A stretch of 64,000 nucleotides of DNA from a phage. The translations under genes were made by a program, and so were the position numbers. The notes under the pieces are model-generated. The model was not told the origin of the DNA, ran no database searches, and worked only from the letters and a program-made list of their open reading frames with translations. The stretch lies in sequence record PQ374922.1; one strand, written 5' to 3'. This document shows positions 18,830 through 28,824 of this stretch, piece by piece. Each line of letters starts with the position of its first letter. The first letter of the stretch is position 1.

Positions 18830-19525
18830 ATGGCCAGACCATTTGAAAATTACTTCTACCATGATTCATTGATGAAATACATCAATCTGTTTGCCACCAT
18901 TATGTCTGATCTGAAGGTGAACACAGAGCGTGGTCTTATGGAAGTCCCATTACACATGGCCATCGGGAGACGCAATGACCTCAACAGGAACGTGCCATCC
19001 AACATGCTCCCATTTGCGACCTTCTCTTTTGGTCAGTTTGAGATCAACAAACAGGTGACGAAGACGTACCACAATCGACAATCGACACCAACAGCAGGGG
19101 CGAAGCAGCGAATCCCCCTGATTATCGATTTTGAGTACAATATCCGAACCAAGAAATTAGTTGAGATGTTACAGGTGCTAGAGCAGGTTTATTCGGTATT
19201 CACTCCCTCTCTAGACTGTGGTATCAAGGACAACGATACACTACAGCAAGACCAGAAGATCAAGATCCAACTGGTCAGCCACCAGATGTCCGATAACTGG
19301 GAAGGGGATGCTTCTGATTCACCACACGTCGACTGCTCCTTCATGTTCCAGCTGAGCGGCTTCATCTACGGGTATGACTATTGGGTGGACAACGAGGGAG
19401 GCGGGGATCCTAACGGGATCAAAGAGATAATTATCGAAATGTCTAATGATTTGAAAACACCGTGGACGGAACTGCCGGAGTGGTTCCGTGTTGACAAAGA
19501 CGGTGTACATCATCCTGGAGATTGA
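18830..19525 (+). CDS. Tail completion and sheath stabiliser protein, gp15-like
   Basis: 231 aa; segment KKLVEMLQVLEQVYSVFTPSL resembles the T4 gp15 region FQIVEQILPYFQP; synteny. Confidence 0.65.
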   Translation: MARPFENYFYHDSLMKYINLFATIMSDLKVNTERGLMEVPLHMAIGRRNDLNRNVPSNMLPFATFSFGQFEINKQVTKTYHNRQSTPTAGAKQRIPLIIDFEYNIRTKKLVEMLQVLEQVYSVFTPSLDCGIKDNDTLQQDQKIKIQLVSHQMSDNWEGDASDSPHVDCSFMFQLSGFIYGYDYWVDNEGGGDPNGIKEIIIEMSNDLKTPWTELPEWFRVDKDGVHHPGD

Positions 19526-19527
19526 TT

Positions 19528-20235
19528 ATGAGTGCTATGTCAGAACGCCTATTATCCACCCTCAGTGCTATCCAAGCGCGGGATGAGGTCGCTCAAGAAG
19601 TCATGGAGAAGACCTCGCCTATGGCCGGAAAAGATTACGATCCGGATACAGGCGAATGGTTGGGTGAAAAGCCTGCGGGGTATGAGCCTGTGGTGTTTCC
19701 TCCTTCATTGGACCCAGAAGAGCTGAAGCCCAAGGAGTCTAAGGTTCCAGACTTCGAAGACACTGATGCCACCACCGACTACAAACGCATCCGTGACACG
19801 ACTTATGCCATGCAGGAAGCCACGATGTTCATGATGGGACAGGCAGCCAAACTTGCGACGACGACTGAAGCACCCCGTGCCTTCACAGTCTTCAAAGAGT
19901 TGGGTGAACTCATGCGCGGTCTGAACAAAGACCTGATGGAGAACCAGAAAACTATCAAGGCGGTCACGGGCGACAGAGAGCCACCTCCTGGAGACGAAAC
20001 AACCGTCGAGGTCACCACGTCCCCTGATGGCACAACCACGGTCAACGTCGGTAAACAGGCCAGGTCTTCCCGTGATCTACTGAAGACCATCGAAGACGCT
20101 CGTAAACGTGCTGAAGAACGTACTGCAGCGAAAGCTGCGTCCAAAGGACCTGAACCCGAAGAAGATGTAATCGACGTTCAGGCCGAGCCGCAGCCGAAGG
20201 AAGAAGGTGAAGACAATGGCGTATCAGAAGCGTGA
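19528..20235 (+). CDS. Terminase small subunit, gp16-like
   Basis: Region APRAFTVFKELGELMRGLNKDLMENQKTIK resembles the T4 gp16 core; lies immediately upstream of the large terminase. Confidence 0.7.
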   Translation: MSAMSERLLSTLSAIQARDEVAQEVMEKTSPMAGKDYDPDTGEWLGEKPAGYEPVVFPPSLDPEELKPKESKVPDFEDTDATTDYKRIRDTTYAMQEATMFMMGQAAKLATTTEAPRAFTVFKELGELMRGLNKDLMENQKTIKAVTGDREPPPGDETTVEVTTSPDGTTTVNVGKQARSSRDLLKTIEDARKRAEERTAAKAASKGPEPEEDVIDVQAEPQPKEEGEDNGVSEA

Positions 20236-22426
20236 TGTAGAATACGCCCCACTCAAGACGGGGTTTAAGACAGAAGACGTCAGACTGCGTATGGACCAAA
20301 CGTTCATGCGCAAGCCGTCTGTGCGTGCTCCTCGTGTGGAGTTGATGCTAACCGACGAACAAGAATCGGAGTTCGTCGAGTGCGCGATGGACGCCCATTA
20401 CTTCGCCGCCAACTACTACAAGATCACGACCATCGATAAAGGCTTCATCCTCTTTGACATGCACGATTACCAGAAGCAGTTGTTCCATGACTTCCAGGAC
20501 TATCGATTCAATGCGGTCGTCCAGGCTCGTCAGTCTGGGAAATGTGTAAAAGGTGACACGCTTGTCACAGTTTACGATACTCTCAGCCAAGAGCAGTTGC
20601 TCCTGACCATAGGGGAGCTTCACAGCCGCTTCGAGGACGTCAATCACGCTGTGCCGCTGAATACCATTGGCAATCATGACAAGTTCGTGGACAGCCGCTT
20701 CGGCAAGCGTTACTTTGTGCAATCCGATAGTGGCTGGGTTCCGGTTATCGCAGCGCATAAGACGAAGAAATATGCGGAATTCGTTATTGTGACTGTTACT
20801 GGGCGGCGAATTAACGTGGCCGACGAACATATATTCTTCACTCCGGAAATGAAGGAGATATTTGCCAAAGACCTGAATGCTGGGTCATACATCATGACGT
20901 CAGAAGGTTCAGAAGAAATCCGTGAGGTTTGGCAGACTGGTGAGACGCATCACATGTATGACCTACAGGTGAAATCTAGTGATCAGCGCTACTACACCAA
21001 CGGCTTCCTCAGCCACAACACGACTGTCGTGGCAGCGTTCCTGCTCTGGTATGCGATGTTCCACTCCGACAAAGAGATCGCAGTACTGGCGAACAAAGAG
21101 AAGCAGGCGATTGAAATCCTAGATCGTATTCGCAAAGCATATCAAGATTTGCCATTCTTCCTCCAACAGGGTTGTGAGAAGTTCGGTTCCACGCTGATCG
21201 AGTTCGAAAACGGATCAAAGATCTACGCCTATGCGACATCTTCCGACTCCATCCGTGGTCGATCTGTATCGCTCCTGTATGTGGACGAAGTGGCGTTCAT
21301 TGAAAACGACTTTGAATTCTGGGAGTCTACATTCCCGGCGATTGCATCTGCAGAGACTTCACGTTGTATTCTGACCAGTACGCCGAAAGGTCAGCGCGGG
21401 TTGTTCTACGACATCGTCACCAAGGCGAACCCAGAACACCCACAATACAACGACTTCAAACTCACAGAGGTCCCATGGTATCGTGTTCCAACGTACACCA
21501 AAGATCCAGACTGGGAATCCAAACAAAGGGCGAAGCTGGGTGATGCACGTTTCGATCAAGAATTTGGCATTAAGTTCCGTGGTTCTGTGGGATCACTGAT
21601 ACCTGCCAAGTGTCTGGACAAGATGACCTCGAAGCTGTATCAGGAGCCGAACGAGTTCACCAAGATTTATCACGACTACGATCCTAAGCGCATCTATATG
21701 GGTATCGCAGATACAGGCAAGGGTGTCGAAGGGGATTATTCTGTGCTGACCATTATCGACATCACAGACTATCCTCACAAGATCGCAGCCAAGTATCGAA
21801 ATAACACGATACCTCCAATGATGTACGCGTACACAATCGCCGATATGGGTGAGAAGTATGGAACGTGCCCGATGCTAGTCGAGACCAACAACGACGTGGG
21901 TGGTCAGGTAATCACAATTCTATACCAGGAAATTGAATATCCAGAGATCATCTTCACCACAACAGATACCAAGGGTACAGGCAAGAGAATCGGTGGTCGC
22001 CGCCCTGAGCCTGGTATCAATACCAACAAGAAGGTGCGCACAAACGGCTGTGCCAACCTGAAAGCCCTGATTGAACGTGAAATGCTGGTGATAGATGACC
22101 AGGACACGATAGATGAACTCAGTACATTCGTATGGACTGGAACAAGGTATGAAGCCGATGATGGTTGTCATGATGACTGTGTAATGCCCCTCGTGTTGTA
22201 TGCATGGGCGGTGAAACAAGAATGGTTTAGTGATCTCACCAATTCAAATATCTCTGTGGACATGAGAGGACGGTTGTCTGCGATGGAAGAATCACAGATG
22301 CTACCATTTGGGGGTATGATGTCGACACCAGATCCTCACTCTGTGGAGAACATCCCAGGGTTCGGTGGAATTCAGGTTTATGATGAACGCTCTGGTATGT
22401 CTATGGAAGAATGGCTGAGACGGTGA
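20216..22426 (+). CDS. Terminase large subunit, gp17-like, interrupted by a mini-intein in the Walker A motif
   Basis: Walker A halves ARQSGK / TTVVAA flank the insert; Walker B LLYVDEVAF; nuclease-region similarity to T4 gp17 (..YHDDLVM.. equivalent CHDDCVM). Confidence 0.9.
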   Translation: MAYQKRDVEYAPLKTGFKTEDVRLRMDQTFMRKPSVRAPRVELMLTDEQESEFVECAMDAHYFAANYYKITTIDKGFILFDMHDYQKQLFHDFQDYRFNAVVQARQSGKCVKGDTLVTVYDTLSQEQLLLTIGELHSRFEDVNHAVPLNTIGNHDKFVDSRFGKRYFVQSDSGWVPVIAAHKTKKYAEFVIVTVTGRRINVADEHIFFTPEMKEIFAKDLNAGSYIMTSEGSEEIREVWQTGETHHMYDLQVKSSDQRYYTNGFLSHNTTVVAAFLLWYAMFHSDKEIAVLANKEKQAIEILDRIRKAYQDLPFFLQQGCEKFGSTLIEFENGSKIYAYATSSDSIRGRSVSLLYVDEVAFIENDFEFWESTFPAIASAETSRCILTSTPKGQRGLFYDIVTKANPEHPQYNDFKLTEVPWYRVPTYTKDPDWESKQRAKLGDARFDQEFGIKFRGSVGSLIPAKCLDKMTSKLYQEPNEFTKIYHDYDPKRIYMGIADTGKGVEGDYSVLTIIDITDYPHKIAAKYRNNTIPPMMYAYTIADMGEKYGTCPMLVETNNDVGGQVITILYQEIEYPEIIFTTTDTKGTGKRIGGRRPEPGINTNKKVRTNGCANLKALIEREMLVIDDQDTIDELSTFVWTGTRYEADDGCHDDCVMPLVLYAWAVKQEWFSDLTNSNISVDMRGRLSAMEESQMLPFGGMMSTPDPHSVENIPGFGGIQVYDERSGMSMEEWLRR
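20543..21019 (+). mobile_element. Mini-intein (159 aa, no homing-endonuclease domain) in the terminase large subunit P-loop
   Basis: Starts with Cys (CVKGDTLV), ends with ..GFLSHN, +1 residue Thr of the GKT Walker A; extein halves join to the canonical SRQxGKT motif. Confidence 0.85.
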
Positions 22427-22429
22427 TCA

Positions 22430-22440
22430 CTAAATATCTT
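22430..22440 (+). promoter_or_regulatory. Late-promoter-like motif variant CTAAATATCTT
   Basis: About 40 nt upstream of the sheath ATG. Confidence 0.45.
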
Positions 22441-22478
22441 TCAAATTGAGCGAAACTCTACAGAGAAGGAATAAGATT

Positions 22479-24374
22479 ATGGCAACTCAAAGCTTCAGCG
22501 TTGCGCCGTCCGTACAGTGGACTGAGCGTGATGCCACGCTTCAGACGTCTCCATCCGTTGTTGTTCAGGGTGCGACTGTCGGCAAATTCCAATGGGGTGA
22601 AGCAGAACTCCCTGTGTTGGTCACTGGTGGCGAAACTGGTCTGGTGAAGAAATTCTTCAAGCCAAACGATGCAACTGCCACCGACTTCTTGGTGATTGCT
22701 GACTTCCTGTCTTACAGCTCTGTTGCATGGGTGACCCGTGTGGTCGGTCCGGCGGCACGCAACGCTGTAACCAAAGGTCAGACTGCAATCCTTATCCGCA
22801 ACAAATTAGACTTCGAAACTGCGTCCCCATCTGCGTCTATTACCTGGACAGGCCGCTATGCTGGCTCCCTGGGTAACGACATTGCTGTGAACATCTGTGA
22901 CGCTGCGCTGTTCCCGACCTGGGAATTCCGTAACAACTTCGCATATGCTCCGCAGGATGGCGAGTACCATATCGCCATCGTTGACAAAGTAGGTCGCATC
23001 ACCGACTCTTCTGGCGCTGTTAGTCAGGTTGATCGTATCTCTGTATCCGGTACGGCCACCGCTGCTGGTTCCATCTCTGTTGCTGGTGAAGCCGTGGCGT
23101 ACACTGACGCTGACACCCCGGCGACTCTGGCGACAAAGATCGGAACTGCGCTGACGTCTCTGTCTAGCGTGTATTCTTCTGTTGTCGTGAAGTCCAACAC
23201 CGTCACCGTCACTCACAAAGCAATCGGTCCTCAGGCTGCGACTGCGATTGTTCCAGACGCGAATGGTCTGACTGCTACCGCTGCCGTCACCACTGTTGGT
23301 GCTTCCGGTACGATCATCGAGAAGTATGAACTAGTGCAGACCGCTCAGGGTTCTAAGAAATCTGATGGATCCAATGCGTACTTCAAAGACGTGATCAACG
23401 GCACCTCAAATTGGGTGTACACCTTCGCCAATACCCTGGCTGCTGGTGTCATTGAACTCGAAGGTGGTGTAGACGATTACACTGGGAACCGTGTTGCGGC
23501 TATCCAGGCACTGAACAACGCCGAAGCGTATGATGCCAAGCCAGTGTTCGGTTTCTGTGAAGAACTGATTGAGCAGCAGGCACTGATCGACCTGTCCACT
23601 GAGCGTAAAGACACAGTGTCCTTTGTGTCTCCTCTTCGCGATACGGTCGTCGGAAACCGTGGCCGTGAGATGGATGATGTTGTGGCCTGGCGTGAAAGCC
23701 TTGTTCGCGACTCCTCCTACTTCTTCATGGATGACAACTGGGCGTATGTGTACGACAAGTACAACGACAAAATGCGTTGGATTCCGGCTTGTGGCGGCAC
23801 CGCAGGTGTTTGGGCGCGAAGCATTGAAATCGCGGGCATCTACAAATCTCCGGCGTTCCACAACCGTGGTAAATACAACAACTATAATCGAATGGCGTGG
23901 TCTGCGTCTTCTGATGAGCGTGCTGTGCTGTATCGCAACCAGATCAACAGCATCGTCACCTTCTCCAACGAAGGCATCGTGTTGTACGGCGACAAGACTG
24001 GCCTGACCCGCCCATCTGCGTTCGACCGCATCAACGTTCGTGGTCTGTTCATTATGGCAGAGCAGAACATCGCAGCCATCGCCAAATACTACCTTGGTGA
24101 GAACAACGATGCATTCACTCGTGGGTTGTTCAGCAACGCTGTCCGCCCATATATCCGCCAGTTGGCCAACATGGGCGCGATCTATGACGGGATGGTGAAG
24201 TGTGACGAGGACAACAACACCGCTGATGTTATCGCAGCCAACACCATGGTCGCGGGCATTTGGCTGAAACCAGAGTACAGCATAAATTGGGTGTATCTTG
24301 ATTTTGCTGCCGTTCGTCCGGACATGGAATTCAGTGAGATCGAATCCGGCGGTGGTATCGTCGCTGCGTCCTAA
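22479..24374 (+). CDS. Tail sheath protein, gp18-like
   Basis: N-terminal GKFQWGEAE and C-terminal PSAFDRINVRGLF...SINWVYLDFAAV match the T4 gp18 pattern; start chosen at ATG with RBS agaagga (ORF track begins at TTG 22446). Confidence 0.9.
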   Translation: MATQSFSVAPSVQWTERDATLQTSPSVVVQGATVGKFQWGEAELPVLVTGGETGLVKKFFKPNDATATDFLVIADFLSYSSVAWVTRVVGPAARNAVTKGQTAILIRNKLDFETASPSASITWTGRYAGSLGNDIAVNICDAALFPTWEFRNNFAYAPQDGEYHIAIVDKVGRITDSSGAVSQVDRISVSGTATAAGSISVAGEAVAYTDADTPATLATKIGTALTSLSSVYSSVVVKSNTVTVTHKAIGPQAATAIVPDANGLTATAAVTTVGASGTIIEKYELVQTAQGSKKSDGSNAYFKDVINGTSNWVYTFANTLAAGVIELEGGVDDYTGNRVAAIQALNNAEAYDAKPVFGFCEELIEQQALIDLSTERKDTVSFVSPLRDTVVGNRGREMDDVVAWRESLVRDSSYFFMDDNWAYVYDKYNDKMRWIPACGGTAGVWARSIEIAGIYKSPAFHNRGKYNNYNRMAWSASSDERAVLYRNQINSIVTFSNEGIVLYGDKTGLTRPSAFDRINVRGLFIMAEQNIAAIAKYYLGENNDAFTRGLFSNAVRPYIRQLANMGAIYDGMVKCDEDNNTADVIAANTMVAGIWLKPEYSINWVYLDFAAVRPDMEFSEIESGGGIVAAS

Positions 24375-24375
24375 A

Positions 24376-24406
24376 AATAAACCCCGCTTCGGCGGGGTTT
24401 TCATTT
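24376..24406. terminator. Bidirectional Rho-independent terminator (aaaccccgcttcggcggggttt)
   Basis: Sits between convergent sheath (+) and GIY-YIG (-) genes; same hairpin sequence as near 6138 and 31115. Confidence 0.7.
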
Positions 24407-25195
24407 CCTCTGTATTGACCACCCAGAAGTATTTGTCCTCTTGGTAGAAGACTTTCTGTATGGTGCTGGGATGGGATTCGGCTTTCTCCCTGCGAGAGCC
24501 ATATTAAAGGTCTCTGAACAAAGTTCCCTTTCCTTGCAAAACTTCAACAGATTCTTAATTTCATATTTCTCTCCATCAGGAGATATCAATATAAATTCTC
24601 GACCTAAGCCAGCATTGACTTTATTTTGAAAAGAAGGGTCAGATCTCAATTTATCCATCGCTTTCTTTAAATTTTTCTTCTTTTCAGGGTCTTTGAAAAC
24701 TTCCTTCAACAACTGCGACTGGGATTTCTTCTTTTCTTCTGTCCAAACCGCTTGTTGAGATGCTGACATCTTCAACCGACTTTCTTCTTTATGAACTGCC
24801 CCGTATTGTTTCGCCACGAATAAAACGCCCCAACCCTCATCGTCAACTGGTTTCATACCGACATATTTTCTGGTGTTAATATCAAAGGCAGCCGCCATAC
24901 CAGATATATCGATTTGTCCTCCTTTGCTGATGTTCATGCCACCCTGACTAATATGGGATTTATGGAGTTCAATGTAATAGATTTCCCTCTCGTTTAAATA
25001 CCCAACGGGACACTCTTCCAATATTTCATAAGAGATGGCTTCTTCGCCGTATTTTCTTATGCAATTGTAGAGATATGCTTTGTTGCCCCTTCGCGCTTCT
25101 TGGATATGTTCCCTGAAGCGTTGTTGAAAGCCGTTCCTTGTTTGCCCGATGTAGGTCTTGTTGTTGATTTTGAGCAGATAAATAATACCAAGCAT
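24401..25195 (-). CDS. GIY-YIG family homing endonuclease (free-standing)
   Basis: N-terminal GIIYLLKINNKTYIGQT..R..EH motif; AT-rich relative to neighbours; inserted antisense between sheath and tube genes. Confidence 0.85.
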   Translation of the reverse strand: MLGIIYLLKINNKTYIGQTRNGFQQRFREHIQEARRGNKAYLYNCIRKYGEEAISYEILEECPVGYLNEREIYYIELHKSHISQGGMNISKGGQIDISGMAAAFDINTRKYVGMKPVDDEGWGVLFVAKQYGAVHKEESRLKMSASQQAVWTEEKKKSQSQLLKEVFKDPEKKKNLKKAMDKLRSDPSFQNKVNAGLGREFILISPDGEKYEIKNLLKFCKERELCSETFNMALAGRKPNPIPAPYRKSSTKRTNTSGWSIQRK

Positions 25196-25237
25196 AATAC
25201 ACCTCCTTGGTGCATTTTACCTGTAATTTCTTCAAGA

Positions 25238-25248
25238 CTAAATACCGA
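25238..25248 (+). promoter_or_regulatory. Late-promoter-like motif CTAAATACCGA
   Basis: About 35 nt upstream of the tube ATG. Confidence 0.5.
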
Positions 25249-25282
25249 ATATGAAACCCATTCTCTATAGGAGAGTAATACA

Positions 25283-25816
25283 ATGGCTACAGTTAATGAA
25301 TTCAGAGCAGCTATGTCACGCGGGGGCGGCGTTCAGCGCCAACACCGTTGGCGTGTGACTGTTAACTTCCCTTCCTTCGTGGCTGGAAGCGATACTATCC
25401 GTGATGTTTCGCTGTTGGCAGTGACCACAAATACCCCAACAGGCCAGCTCGGGGAAATACTCGTCCCATGGGGTGGTCGTGAACTTCCATTCCCAGGCGA
25501 CCGTCGTTTCGAAGCGCTGCCTGTAACGTTTATCAACGTTGTGGACAACGCCCCGTACAACGCATTCGAAGTCTGGCAGCAGTATATCAACGGCAGCAAC
25601 AACAACCGTGCGTCTGCTAACCCAGATGATTATTTCCGTGATGTAATCATGGAACTGCTGGATGCGAATGACAATGTCACCAAGACCTGGACCCTTCAGG
25701 GCACCTGGCCTCAGAACCTCGGTCAGCTGGAACTGGACATGTCTGCAATGGACTCTTATACTCAGTTCACTGTTGACCTGCGTTACTTCCAGGCCATTTC
25801 AGACAAGTCTCTCTAA
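25283..25816 (+). CDS. Tail tube protein, gp19-like
   Basis: C-terminal TWTLQGTWPQNLGQLELDMSAMDSYTQFTVDLRYFQ matches the T4 gp19 pattern GLWPTNVGELQLDWDS..FEVTLALDYW. Confidence 0.85.
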   Translation: MATVNEFRAAMSRGGGVQRQHRWRVTVNFPSFVAGSDTIRDVSLLAVTTNTPTGQLGEILVPWGGRELPFPGDRRFEALPVTFINVVDNAPYNAFEVWQQYINGSNNNRASANPDDYFRDVIMELLDANDNVTKTWTLQGTWPQNLGQLELDMSAMDSYTQFTVDLRYFQAISDKSL

Positions 25817-25836
25817 TGTCCTCAGTGCTGGGGGAT

Positions 25837-25847
25837 CTATATTCCCC
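25837..25847 (+). promoter_or_regulatory. Possible late-promoter variant CTATATTCCCC
   Basis: About 35 nt upstream of portal ATG; weaker match to the recurring box. Confidence 0.3.
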
Positions 25848-25882
25848 CTCACTAATTACAAGAAAATGTTGAGGACTTAATC

Positions 25883-27577
25883 ATGGCATTCGGTAATGGT
25901 GCATTCGGAAATGGGTTCTTCGGCCTGTTCGGTAGAGGCGGCAAAGTAGAAGCGCCGATTGATACTGACAAGATGGTCACGAACCAAGAAGAGAAGTTGC
26001 TTTCAAAAGCGACTGTTGTTGCGCTGGACGATTCTCAGGATGGCTCGATCATCCTCCAGGGCGGCGCGAACACATTCAATTTCGTTGGTGTTGAGAATGA
26101 GTTGCTCAACGTCAAACAGCTGGTCGAAGAGTACCAGTCTATGGCTCAGCAGCCTGAGATTCGTAAAGCTGTGGATATCATTGTCAACGACGTCGTCACT
26201 TGTGAAGAGGAAGAGACTCCTGTAACCATCAACCTGGAAAAGGTAGATGGCATCACAGACGAAGTCAAAGAGAAGATCACTGACGCATTCAAAGAGATCA
26301 TGCATCTCCTTGACTTTGACAACACGGCGTATCAGAAGATCCGCAAATGGTATATTGAAGGCCGTCAGGCATTCCACGTTGTAGTGGACCCGAAGAACAA
26401 GAAAGCGGGTATCGCCAAACTCATCATGATGGACTCACGCTGTATCCGCCCAGTGTACATCGTTCAAAAGGCGATGCGCGACGGTATCGAAGTCATCAAT
26501 GACGTAAAACTTCAATACTACTACAACCCGAACTACAACCGCAACCAATTCACTGGCCAGTCCGGTACGTCTCAGAACTTCCAACCGTCACAGCAAGAGC
26601 TGGTGTTTGATGATGAGAGCATAGTGTATCTGGACAGTGGTGAAGAGCCTCTGGCGAATGGGGTTGTACCAAGCCTGCTGAACCCAGCTATCCGTCCCCT
26701 GAACAACCTTGTTACAACTGAAGATGCAACGGTGATCTATGCGATCACACGTGCTCCTGAGAAGCGAGCGTTCTATCTCGACGTGGGTACGCTGGGTAAG
26801 AAGTCGGCAGAAGAATACATGCAAGCCATGATGGGTAAATTCAAGAACCGTCTGGCGTATGACCGCACCACTGGTAAGGTGGCTGGCAACACTCATTTGA
26901 TGGGTATCGCTGAGGACTACTGGTTACCACGTCGCGAAGGGCAGAACGCAACCGAGATCTCCAACGTAGGCGGTGGCGACCAACTGGGTCAAATGGATCA
27001 TGTGGTATACTTCCGCGAGAAGCTCTACGAGGCTCTGATGATCCCTAAAAGCCGCCTGCAAGAGGAAGGTTCCATCAACATCGGTGGTTCCAATCTTGCT
27101 GAAATCACACAGGAAGAATTGCGCTTCAACAAGTTCTGTGCGAGCCTGCGCCGTCGTTATTCTTCTGGTATCTTCCTGGAACTTCTGCGTCGCCATCTGA
27201 TATTAAAAGGCATTACAGACCAGGCTGACTGGAATGAGAAGATCAAGCCGTTCGTCAAGTTCGAATTCACTTCTGACAGCTTCATCCGTGAACAACAAGA
27301 GAACGAAATCTTGTCGCAGCGTATGGCGGCTCTCGGTCAGATCGAACCATATATCGGCACTCTCTTCTCTATCGATTTTGCTCAACGCAATCTGCTGCGC
27401 ATGTCTGATGAAGACATCAAAGACCAGCAAGAGAAGATCGCGAAAGAGAAGAAAGAAGGCAAATATCCTGAAGTACAGGCAGATGAGTCCGGCGGCTTCG
27501 GCAGCGGGGAAGTCAGTCCACTGAAATTCAGACCTAACGTCATCCCAGCGACTAACCCTCCTGGTGGTGAAGAATAA
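25883..27577 (+). CDS. Portal protein, gp20-like
   Basis: Region TEDATVIYAITRAPEKRAFYLDVGTL...GIAEDYWLPRREGQNATEISNVGGGDQ closely follows the T4 gp20 core. Confidence 0.9.
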   Translation: MAFGNGAFGNGFFGLFGRGGKVEAPIDTDKMVTNQEEKLLSKATVVALDDSQDGSIILQGGANTFNFVGVENELLNVKQLVEEYQSMAQQPEIRKAVDIIVNDVVTCEEEETPVTINLEKVDGITDEVKEKITDAFKEIMHLLDFDNTAYQKIRKWYIEGRQAFHVVVDPKNKKAGIAKLIMMDSRCIRPVYIVQKAMRDGIEVINDVKLQYYYNPNYNRNQFTGQSGTSQNFQPSQQELVFDDESIVYLDSGEEPLANGVVPSLLNPAIRPLNNLVTTEDATVIYAITRAPEKRAFYLDVGTLGKKSAEEYMQAMMGKFKNRLAYDRTTGKVAGNTHLMGIAEDYWLPRREGQNATEISNVGGGDQLGQMDHVVYFREKLYEALMIPKSRLQEEGSINIGGSNLAEITQEELRFNKFCASLRRRYSSGIFLELLRRHLILKGITDQADWNEKIKPFVKFEFTSDSFIREQQENEILSQRMAALGQIEPYIGTLFSIDFAQRNLLRMSDEDIKDQQEKIAKEKKEGKYPEVQADESGGFGSGEVSPLKFRPNVIPATNPPGGEE

Positions 27578-27614
27578 TTCGACTAAGTATAGAAAACATT
27601 TAGAGGATATGAAC

Positions 27615-27785
27615 ATGGCCGCTATCGATCTGGTAAAAGCAATCATCGCTGGTGATACTGATGCCGCTGCTGCTGAATGCGAAATGGAGCTATCCGCTCG
27701 CGCCCAAGAACTGGTCCAGCAGGGTACTGAATATGTCTTGAACTCCCTGAGCCAAGACATGGGTCCTTTCGGCGACGACCAGTAA
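27615..27785 (+). CDS. Small acidic prohead core protein (gp67-like by position)
   Basis: 56 aa from ATG with RBS agagga (ORF track begins at GTG 27564); between portal and prohead protease. Confidence 0.45.
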   Translation: MAAIDLVKAIIAGDTDAAAAECEMELSARAQELVQQGTEYVLNSLSQDMGPFGDDQ

Positions 27786-27797
27786 GAGGAATGTATC

Positions 27798-28103
27798 ATG
27801 GAAATCGAAGAAGTTGCAACGTTCGCTGATTTCCTGGCTTCCCGCATGGATGAGCAGAAAGTCATTGACAAGGTGAACGCAAAAGGCAAACGCCGTCGCC
27901 GTCTGCAGTGTGCTCCTGGTTTCAAACTGTCTGCGGATGGTTCCCGTTGTGAAGTGATGGTCGCCAGTGAGCGCCGTACTCGCAAGCTGGGCAACCGCAA
28001 GGCGATCCGAGCCAAGAAACGCATGGGTATGGGATACCAGCGCAAAATCGAGCGTCGTAAGAAAAAAGCAATGAAGTTCCGTCGTATGATGGGGCTGAGT
28101 TAA
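27798..28103 (+). CDS. Highly basic prohead core or internal protein (gp68-like by position)
   Basis: 101 aa, Arg/Lys-rich C-terminus; RBS agagga. Confidence 0.45.
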   Translation: MEIEEVATFADFLASRMDEQKVIDKVNAKGKRRRRLQCAPGFKLSADGSRCEVMVASERRTRKLGNRKAIRAKKRMGMGYQRKIERRKKKAMKFRRMMGLS

Positions 28104-28110
28104 GGAGCGA

Positions 28111-28779
28111 ATGATGAAACTGTTGCGTGAGATCACTGCGATAGGGAAAGACCTTCAGATTGGTGAAGCGGCCACGGCTACTGGCGGCAAGGCCATGTAC
28201 ATCGAAGGTCCATTCGTGATGTGTAACCAGGTGAACCGTAATGGTCGCAACTACGATCTCCAAAAGGTGGGTATCCCTGCTGTCGAAGCATACGACAAAG
28301 AGTATATCCAGGATCGTCGTGCAATCGGTGAACTCAAGCATCCGGATTATCCTTTCCCCGATATCGAACACGCTGCACTCAAAACCGAATCTTTGCGCTG
28401 GGAAGGCACCAACGCTATCGGTCGAGCGCGGATCCTGAATACACCGAAAGGTCAGATCATTCGTGCTCTGGCTGAAGCAGACTTCAACCTGGCCGTGTCT
28501 ACACGTGGCCTTGGTGAGACCAAGTCAGTGAACGGCTATGATGACGTTCAACCCGGCTTTATGCTCACTGCTGTTGATGCAGTCGACCGTCCTTCTGGAC
28601 AAGTTTGTTATGTAAAGGCTGTGAGCGAATCTGTGGAATGGCAGCTTGATGAATCTTCAGGAATTTGGGTTCCTAAGGACATTAAGGGGCATGTGGTCGA
28701 TTCATTGGTGAAAACCAATATTCAGTTAGAAGACGACTTCCTGCGCCGCCTCGATATCGCATTGAAACATCTGGGCTGA
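28111..28779 (+). CDS. Prohead core protein and protease, gp21-like
   Basis: Motifs AMYIEGPFVMCNQVNRNGRNY, AIGELKHPDYP, GRARIL, LAVSTRGLGE match the T4 gp21 pattern. Confidence 0.85.
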   Translation: MMKLLREITAIGKDLQIGEAATATGGKAMYIEGPFVMCNQVNRNGRNYDLQKVGIPAVEAYDKEYIQDRRAIGELKHPDYPFPDIEHAALKTESLRWEGTNAIGRARILNTPKGQIIRALAEADFNLAVSTRGLGETKSVNGYDDVQPGFMLTAVDAVDRPSGQVCYVKAVSESVEWQLDESSGIWVPKDIKGHVVDSLVKTNIQLEDDFLRRLDIALKHLG

Positions 28780-28790
28780 ATTCAGCCTCA

Positions 28791-28800
28791 CTAAATACTG
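28791..28800 (+). promoter_or_regulatory. Late-promoter-like motif CTAAATACTG
   Basis: About 25 nt upstream of scaffold ATG; preceded by palindrome gggctgaattcagccc. Confidence 0.45.
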
Positions 28801-28824
28801 AAAATCGTTCAGAAGGAAACAATC

